Assembly (NCBI GenBank): GCA_965644495.1
Contig: CBFFSA010000043.1
Coordinates: forward strand, 9,001-73,000
DNA length: 64,000 nucleotides
Direction of reading: 5' to 3'
From: Perkinsela sp. CCAP 1560/9
Taxonomy: Eukaryota > Protista > Euglenozoa: Kinetoplastea
Below the pieces are notes generated by a model. The model ran no database searches. It worked only from the letters and a program-made list of their open reading frames with translations, and was not told the DNA's origin. Position 1 is the stretch's first letter. Every line of letters starts with the position of its first letter. Below are positions 58,156-64,000 of this stretch, one piece after another. Position numbers and translations under genes: made by a program.

Positions 58156-61100
58156 CTACACCACTTCCATATCGCCATAGCCTATCAGGGCTGGGTCAGG
58201 TGTCGGTGGGGATCTTAGCACCATCATACGTGCCTGTGACCGCATTAAAGTGACGTTCAAGCCAGCAAGAAGTCGATGTAAGGCTTCTTTTTTGGATAGG
58301 TTACCGGAGTGCATTGAGTGCTCAATTGCCACGTCACGGATCACTGCCATAGCGCTGGGGCACCATGAGCCGTATGATTCTACGGCCATGGCCGCAAATC
58401 GGAGTTTGGCTGCGGCGGCTTCTTCTCGTTGTTTCTGCTTGTGTTCCGTTGCGTATCTTTCCGCAAAGGATCCAGCTGAAACCACGCTAGCATCACGGAC
58501 TAGATCCGTATATTTCGTTTGCTGGACGTGTGTGACAGCGAAATCCATTACAAGGCCCTGGCCCGCTCGAAAACTTGAGATAAATACGTCCGCCGGTCGC
58601 GTCAGACCGCCGCCAGGGCCCGTGTTATGCAGGCTTACTTCGCGCTTCGTTGTAAGCCCGGCATTTGTGCAGTCTCAGGCAAACTGTCTGGCAAGAGCGT
58701 TGTGGCGAGTGATGATACCATGCCCACTCTTGCAGGAAAGTGCATGGTCCCCCTCAGGGCCTAGCGGGAGCCCACATTTGTCCATAGGGCAGGGTCTTGC
58801 CTTGGGGTAAATTTTTTCCCCTAGCCACCATCGCGTCAGAGTGTGAAACTCGGCGGAAGTGAAAGCGAAACCACTGGTCTTCGATGGAATCACAAAGGCC
58901 CACTCCGATGCCCCTTCTCCCGTTTGGGATACCCATCGGGCTCTGGTTTTGTCATCTGCTTTTTTATAGTCTGCCAAGTATTGGGATGCTGAAATCGCCT
59001 GGCTTAATTCCCGTTGTCGCGGGATTACCAGTACGGGGCGAGAGGCTTCAGGGTCTGCGTCGTCGGGGTGCAAAACTTCTGGGATTCTTTCGTCCGGGAT
59101 GATATTGTCGGAGTTTGCTGTCTCTGGGTTCAACTGTTCAGGTGGGGAGGACGAGGGCTTTGGAATTCTCCCGATATTTGAAACGAAGTTATAGCCCGCG
59201 CGCCTATTGACGTCCCGTACTGCGAATTCAAAACTCTCAGCTTGCGCGGGGTCCCAACGGTCATTTGCAGACGCAAAGGCTACAGAAGATACGTATGCTG
59301 ATGTGGCGTGTGTTGCAGCGGACCTCAACCCTAATCCTCCGTGTCGTTTGTCTCGTTGTGCCTGTCGTCGAGCCGATTCACCCAAAGGACCGATAAAGCG
59401 CTCCGTCGTGTTTTGGACTGCTCGGTCCAGGCGTTCGCAAAGGTCTTGTAGCTCCGCGGTAGGTGTCGTGCGTAGAGCATACACCATTTTGCAAAATCCT
59501 GTGCAATGACGAATGAGCGATAGGGCCACTTGAGGGTCATCCAACTTTTGTATTGCTGTTAGTGAGTCCTCAGCGAGACTGATTGGATTTTCCAATAGGT
59601 ATCGGTGACAAAAGCTTGTAGATCCAATAGGGCTTCCCAAGATGTCAAGATTGCCGTCTGTGTTTTTGTTCAGACCAGGAATGTCCGGGAAAAGAGCAAA
59701 TCGGTCAGAGGCAGCTGGATTCGTAATGAGTTCACATTTAGCAACATTGAGATGTAAGCCCCACTTGGAACCTTCGACTGCAATTACGTCAAGTGCATGC
59801 CTGACGTCTGAAGATTTGCCTGACAGAACCCCATCGTCCAAGAACCACATGTTTAAGTCAAGCCTTGGGGCTGCCTTCTTGATTTCCGTAAATAGTTCCT
59901 TCGCGACGAGAGAAAATAAAAGAGGGCCTAGTGATTGCGCCGGGGATTTGCGTTTGCGCTGTAGACTGGCGATTGCTTCACTCCAGAGTGGTATGTACTC
60001 CTTTTGGTTCCATCTGGAAAGACATTTTCGGACGTAGGACGCATAAGAGGTTTTGTTCTTACTGCCTCCACGGCGGGGGGCCGGAAGGACACATTTCGGA
60101 AGCATCGCAAGGAGAGTCCACGCCTCGAGTGTGTTATCTAGCGTGGCTGCCATCAAGCAGGAAGTGAGTACTCGTGCCCATTCAGCCCTGCAGCAATAAG
60201 GGATATCCTTGCTCGTAATCACCGGCAGTGCGCACACAGAAGATAAGGTCGGCAGCAAGTTGTCAACATCCTCCATCTGATCGGGCCGATCATTAGGGTT
60301 CGTACCGGGGGGGCGTTCAGGCATCACAGCGGCGTTTGTGGTAGGGTTGGGGGAGTCGTTCACCTCACGGGAAGGATCCTGAGGGTTATCGGATGCGTGT
60401 GTACGAAATTTGCAGTGCCGCGTATGGGACTCCTTTTTGCCTAAGTGGTAATGTTTTTTGCAGTATGCACATCGAAATCTGCCCTCCTCTGCCCACCACG
60501 TGTCCGATACTTCCGCCCCGTGCCTGTTTGAGGCGTGATTATAATACGCCTGCCATTGATTTCCATGAGGACCGGTTTGCCACAAACATGATTCCACTGG
60601 ACACTTTCTAGCGTTATATGGTGTTTTTGTAGTCCGCGTGAGGTTGGGTGATTTAACAGGCTCGGATTTGAATGTGGCTCGGTTCCGCTTAAGCTTTACT
60701 TCCGATGTGACGCAGCTATCTTGTGATGATGCCGGTTCAACGGAGACTCCGTCGCTACCCGACTCTGTCGCTACTGTGCTTTCGGAGCCTGATTGGTTCA
60801 AAGATGTCTGTGAGGTGATATTTCTTTTAGAGCACTTCTTGTTCTTGCGCCTCTTTGGACTTCTAGAAACAGAGAAATGAGAAACGAGGTCCGTCGGAGT
60901 GAGGTCTGGGAACGTGGCCGTACTGCTTTCGGATTCGTAACAGTTATTAGAGTGTTCTGAGTTTCGAAGGTGTCGTAAAAATCTCGCCTTCACAGCTTTA
61001 TTGGATTTTCTCAATTGGCTGGGTGAAGTCGCATCAGTTCCCTCGAAGTTGACAGTAGGACCCTCATCAGTGGTCTTCACAGCCTTGCTAGATGTGCTTA

Positions 61101-61566
61101 ATTGGCTGAGTGAAGTCGAATCGGTTCCGTCAGAATTGACATTAGAGCACTCATCGGTCATCTTCGCAGCCTTGCTAAATGTGCTTAGTTGGCTGTGTGA
61201 AATCGAATCGGCTCCTTCGAAATTAACATTATTAGACTTATCGATATCACGCTGGACACTACAATGGACCTCCTCTTCAGTTCGGTCATGTACGTGACCC
61301 ATGTCGGGCGTTTCAATATCCTTTTCTAAAGCGTGCGCACGGCGCATCCAATCGTGCGGGATATTCTGCGGGATGGCAGTAGTGTATAAGCTCTCGTCAT
61401 AGGTGCTTGCGCTTCGGATAAGATGTTCGTTGCCCTTAAACTGGTCCCAACTACCCAATTCATGGGATTTTTCTTCGTGGACAAAATTCTGATTAGAATC
61501 CATGATTCCAGGGTCGAAAGGTGTATCCTCAGGATGGTTGGCTGAGTGTGTCTCGTTCATTACCAT
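58156..61566 (-). pseudogene. SL-headed family A element with an in-frame internal deletion of the RT N-half and a TGA at 58675-58677
   Basis: SL at 61602-61633. LsmAD-like WDQFKGN..YTT. Junction KRKSPAQS|LGPLLFSL at ~59930. QFA*DCTNAGL continues in frame into the RLE. Confidence 0.88.
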
Positions 61567-61829
61567 CAAAAAGAGAGCAGACAAAGAAAAAGAAAATAAT
61601 TCAACAAGGTACAGAAACTGTATCTTTATCGTTTTTTTTTTAAAAGGGGGTAATAATAAAAATTATAATAAAAGGGGGTAATAAACAAAAAGGGGAACCC
61701 AAGAACACGAAGCCCCAGAGCCGGTTATCAAAAACCCGGGATACTAAAAACAGAAAAGCTAAAACCCGTATTCCATTGTGTGCTGGTCCGCCAGGTACTT
61801 TCTAAGTTGGGAGAAAGTCACTGTGCCGT

Positions 61830-63482
61830 TGAGCTAGCGTGAATCCACTGCGAATTCCCTTTTTCACTTGACGAACGAATAATGGGGGCCAATTTGTTGT
61901 CCTTCATTAGAGTGTCACGTATTCCTTTGTTCAGGATAGCTTCGGTTACATATTCATCGCTTGGTGGTCGTGCGCTGCCTTCTTCTGCATTTCCAATTGG
62001 CTGAGGAGGTTTTGGAGCTGCCGCCCGAACTGAAAAAGAGTTTAGTCGTTCAAGAGCAGCATGCTGCGAAGCCTCATAAGCCGATTTGCGAAGCAGTACC
62101 GAGGAGGTCAGGCCAAGACCGCCCATTTTGACAGGTAATCTTGCCAGTGCTATTTGATTTTCATCAAGTGGCCCAAGCCAGGTTTTTAAAACATTTTCTG
62201 CCTCTTTGTCAAATCCCTTGGAAAGTGCAAAGCATTCTTCGGGACGGTGCACCCTGATATGATATCTGTGTCTAACGTTTACGCATCGCGCGAGGAGCAT
62301 AGTGATGTTGTTCGCACCCATTTTTTTGAGACGGCGGAAGATGGTTCTATGTTTTTCTAGTTTTTCTAGAAGGAGTGCACTTACTTTGCTTGTTTCTCCT
62401 ACATATGCCCCTAGTAGTTTTATTGCTTCGTGTTCGGTTTTAATTCCTTCTGAACGCAGACCATCGGGATTTTCTAGCTTATGGATGCCTCCAAACCAAA
62501 TGCATTTCTCTGGTGCCATAATAATGTTTTGCTTGGCAAGCATTTCCTTCAACTTATGGTACGCCTGTTGGAGAAGATTCGTATCTGGGGATGTTAAGTT
62601 AATATCGTCCACATATGCATATATGCGAATCGTCGGGAAATCCTGCGCTATTGACTCGAGAATGGGTTGGAGGAGCGTGCAGAAATATAAGGACGATAAG
62701 GGAGAACCTTGCCTCACGCCAGCCGCACTGTTGACAGTCCCGAAAAGCTCACCATTTTTTCCGTAGAAGAGCAGTTCTGACGCATCACCATACTCTGCAG
62801 TGAAGAACCGTTGGAACGGACGGAGAGTATGGAACGCAAATACAGCCTTCGCAATCTCATCTTTTGAAAGGCTATTGAAAGCATTCTTTAAATCTAAGGT
62901 AAGGATAGCGTTGCCCTCAAGGTATCTACGGTTGAGCTCGTGCACAATGGTCTCACATCCTTCTTTACTCATAACGCCGTGCTGCATCGGAAGAAATAAA
63001 CTTTCAAACGAGTGCTCATTTCGCAATAGCAACACAAGTCCAGCTAGTTTCAGAAATATTTCCCCCATCGCGATAGGACGCACTGCGTCTGCCTTTTTCG
63101 GAAGTGCTATTAACCGTGCTCTGCGCAGACGTTTCATAACTTCTTTGGAGAGCAACCCGTTAATGAGGTCGCACATCATGTGACACAGACTCGTACAGCA
63201 TATTTCATCATCTAAGAGTAATCGGAAGATGGTGTCGGTTGTTCCGGTTGGTCCAGGTGAGGATCCTTTGGCTAGTCTTTTCCCGGCTTCTCGTAATTCG
63301 TGAGGATCAATGCAAGCTATCTTCGGTGCATCCGCAGGGAGCCCGAACGTCACCGGAATTTGCGGGTGCAATCGTTGGAGTTGTTCCATCTTCTCTTCAT
63401 CTCTTAGTGATGACTGTTTGACTTCCTGGTCCAGTACACGGGTGGCTTTGGACACACATCCTTCAAGAGCCAATTTTGTTGC
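61830..63482 (-). pseudogene. Family B RT fragment
   Basis: RPIAMGE, DLKNAFN, GVRQGSPLS and YVDD. Truncated before the RLE and cut upstream by a split-repeat element. Confidence 0.86.
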
Positions 63483-64000
63483 GAAATCAACGGACCCTTT
63501 CTTCTGCCATAAACTTCGTAAAATAAGGTAAACAAAGAAATCCATATTTCCCATGTATAAATAGAAGATTTATCCCGCTATACCCATTTCCTTTGTAATC
63601 AATAAAATATACTAAGTATCACAAGTATCACAAAATAGAGCTCTTTAACCTAGCAAACATTCCCTGTAACTTACGAACGGGCGTTATGCCCACCACGTCG
63701 CGAAATGGTTGGGGGTTGGGTGGGTGGGCACGTTTTTGTTGTTTATAGGAGGAAATGTCACTAATATACAGTATATTTATAATTACCTCAATCTATCCCT
63801 GGTACATAGATAAATAGTTTAGACCCATTTCGGGGTAGAATTTGAAAACAGTTTAGACCCCTTTCGGGGCACCATCTGCATATCAACAAAATAAAGTCTC
63901 CTAAATTTCTTATCGTAAACTTATAGAAATCAACGGACCCTTTCTTCTGCTATAAACTTCGTAAAATAAGGTAAACAAAGAAATCAATATTTCCCATGTA
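63483..64000 (-). repeat. Split-direct-repeat end (B1 partial + 443-bp A-B unit)
   Basis: Unit 63483-63925 starts TATAAGTTTACG..GAAATTTA and ends GTTGATTTC. 63926-64000 repeats its 3' end. Confidence 0.75.

Noticed and set aside
23473-58677. Stop-codon reassignment (Blastocrithidia-like code) suggested by in-frame TAA, TAG and TGA
   Set aside because: There are only three independent cases and they replace different residues (Leu, Trp and a variable site). Long ORFs are otherwise stop-free and end with all three stop codons, which fits ordinary nonsense mutations.

Overview
This window has no ordinary host genes. It is a nested graveyard and nursery of mobile elements from a eukaryote that carries a kinetoplastid-type 39-nt spliced leader (SL), AATCTTTAACGATAAAGATACAGTTTCTGTACCTTGTTG. 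About 19 complete or truncated RLE-type non-LTR retrotransposons of the CRE/SLACS/CZAR type dominate it, in two families. Family A has a WYLDD RT and, unexpectedly, an N-terminal Ataxin-2/Pbp1 LsmAD-like domain. Family B has a Y(I/V)DD RT and an extra zinc finger inside the endonuclease. Every intact 5' end starts with the SL exon fused directly to the element, with no GT intron. Elements are stacked head-to-tail, separated by poly(A). Family A elements with clearly divergent proteins share a near-identical, covarying ~230-nt structured 3' RNA that also occurs on its own. The window also holds an SL-headed non-coding SINE-like element, a TATE/DIRS-like RT-RNase H element with split direct repeats and solo-repeat insertions, two Merlin-like non-autonomous DNA transposons that carry an SL exon with putative promoter, a structured SINE with a 12-bp TSD, a Tc1-like DD35E transposon and a 5.36-kb tandem duplication. 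All protein and RNA family calls come from motif recognition by eye and need HMM or covariance-model confirmation.
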